DNA of 6,745 nt from an archaeon (GTDB taxonomy: Archaea; Iainarchaeota; Iainarchaeia; Iainarchaeales; CSSED10-239). The translations under genes and the position numbers were made by a program. Shown here one piece after another: positions 5,697 through 6,745 of this stretch. How positions within the stretch are numbered: the stretch's first letter is position 1; each line of letters opens with the position of its first letter. The notes below the pieces were generated by a model that was not told the origin of the DNA, searched no databases, and worked only from the letters and a program-made list of their open reading frames with translations. The stretch spans positions 1-6,745 of the forward strand of contig DAOOON010000034.1 of assembly GCA_035387745.1 (NCBI GenBank). The letters are read 5' to 3'.

Positions 5697-5722
5697 ATTA
5701 ATCATAATCTTCACGGATTATT

Positions 5723-5747
5723 GAATCACAGATTTAATCTGTGATTC
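5723..5747. repeat. Perfect 11-bp inverted repeat (hairpin, 3-nt loop) centred on the radA stop codon
   Basis: GAATCACAGAT (5723..5733), TTA (5734..5736, the complement of the radA TAA stop), ATCTGTGATTC (5737..5747). The right arm encodes the last RadA residues (G)ITD. Confidence 0.6.
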
Positions 5748-6726
5748 CATTTTCTGTAACTTGGTATACTGCTTCGCCGTCTGGAAGGCTTGGGGAATCA
5801 ACAAGTTTTGCAATTCTTTTTGAACCTGAACTTTTTCTTAAATAGATTCGCGTCTTTGATGCGTGCTTAACTATGTTACCGCCAATAGCATCTGTGGGGT
5901 CACCAAACAAAACATCTGGTCTTGACATTACTTGGTTTGTTACAAAGACTACAACATTATAAAGCTCTGCAATCTTTTGTAAAGTTCTCATGTGCCCATT
6001 AAGTTTCTGTTGTCTGTCTGATAACTGACCTCTTCCTACAAATTCTGATCTAAACTGGCTTGTTAAAGAATCGACAATTACAAGCTTAATGTTTTTCTCT
6101 TTTAATAGCTCTTGGGCCTTGTCTGCTAATAACATTTGGTGATTGCTATTAAAAGCTCTAGCAACAAATATGTTTTTCATAACCTCTTCAGGGTCTAGCC
6201 CTCTAAACTTTGCAATCTGTGCCACTCTTTCTGGTCTAAATGAATTTTCTGTGTCAATATAAAGAACTCCGCCGTTTAAACCCCCTTTCTCATTAGGCAA
6301 TTGTGCTAAAACACAAAGTTGGAAACACCATTGGGACTTACCAGAAGCAAACATTCCATAGACTTCTGTAATTGACTGGCTTTCAATTCCTCCGCCAAGT
6401 AATTCGTCTAGTTCTTTTGAACCTGTTGTTAATCTTGCTATTAGCTTTCTTCTATCAAGTATCTTCTCTGCAGTCTCAAAGCCCATCTCTAGTGAATCTC
6501 TTGCTGCTTTAATTGCTTTAATTGCGGTTCCTTCGCCAATACCTGCAACTGCAACTAATTCACTTGGGGAAGCAACAGCTATTGCTTCTAGAGAATCGTA
6601 GCCTGCAGCTAAAAGCTTTTCAGCCGAAGCTGGGCCAATGCCTGGAAGGTCTGTTATTGACATCTCTTTACCTGGTTCTCTCTCTGTTTCTTCTAAATTT
6701 TCTTGATTTTCAAATTCTAAACTCAT
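5734..6726 (-). CDS. radA: DNA repair and recombination protein RadA (archaeal RecA/Rad51 homologue)
   Basis: 330 aa. N-terminal helix-hairpin-helix domain ([25 protein letters not shown]). Walker [10 protein letters not shown] (6334..6357). Walker B-like KLVIVDSL. Typical motifs [31 protein letters not shown] and GGNIVKHAS. An alternative start at M22 (6663..6661, [10 protein letters not shown]) is possible. Confidence 0.95.
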   Translation of the reverse strand: MSLEFENQENLEETEREPGKEMSITDLPGIGPASAEKLLAAGYDSLEAIAVASPSELVAVAGIGEGTAIKAIKAARDSLEMGFETAEKILDRRKLIARLTTGSKELDELLGGGIESQSITEVYGMFASGKSQWCFQLCVLAQLPNEKGGLNGGVLYIDTENSFRPERVAQIAKFRGLDPEEVMKNIFVARAFNSNHQMLLADKAQELLKEKNIKLVIVDSLTSQFRSEFVGRGQLSDRQQKLNGHMRTLQKIAELYNVVVFVTNQVMSRPDVLFGDPTDAIGGNIVKHASKTRIYLRKSSGSKRIAKLVDSPSLPDGEAVYQVTENGITD

Positions 6727-6745
6727 GGTTTCTTCCTTCTTTTCT

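Noticed and set aside
5734-6726. radA is visibly more GC-rich (about 40% versus about 28-30% in spot counts elsewhere), which could suggest horizontal acquisition
   Set aside because: The difference is more simply explained by the Gly/Ala/Val-rich composition of a highly conserved, probably highly expressed core protein. The gene is a universal archaeal marker in a normal context. Spot counts are not a rigorous test.

Overview
AT-rich (about 30% GC by eye), tightly packed archaeal housekeeping locus. RadA, Taw1 and the RNase P proteins Pop5 and Rpp30 are archaeal/eukaryal-type markers. A small-genome, DPANN-like archaeon is a guess from composition and compactness only. Minus strand, right to left: a membrane-anchored DsbA-like thiol-disulfide oxidoreductase (3617..2541), tRNA-Arg(UCU) (2485..2413), arginyl-tRNA synthetase (2394..694), RNase P Rpp30 (685..95) and the start of RNase P Pop5 (98..1, runs off the window). 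Plus strand: the radical-SAM tRNA-wyosine enzyme Taw1 (3707..4705), abutted stop-to-start (TAAATG) by a very small [FeFe]-hydrogenase H-domain-like Fe-S protein (4706..5584). RadA (6726..5734, minus) converges on that pair. No CRISPR array, transposase, integrase or defence-like gene is visible. Points worth a second look: (1) the bicistronic taw1 / hydrogenase-like pair; (2) the miniature hydrogenase-like protein, which keeps the cluster cysteines but deviates at catalytic positions; (3) a cognate tRNA-Arg only 18 nt upstream of argS, followed by two RNase P subunits; (4) a DsbA-like protein whose two fold halves appear in swapped order; (5) a perfect 11-bp hairpin centred on the radA stop codon; (6) an unannotated 39-codon ORF filling the convergent gap. 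All homology calls are by-eye motif recognition, not database searches.
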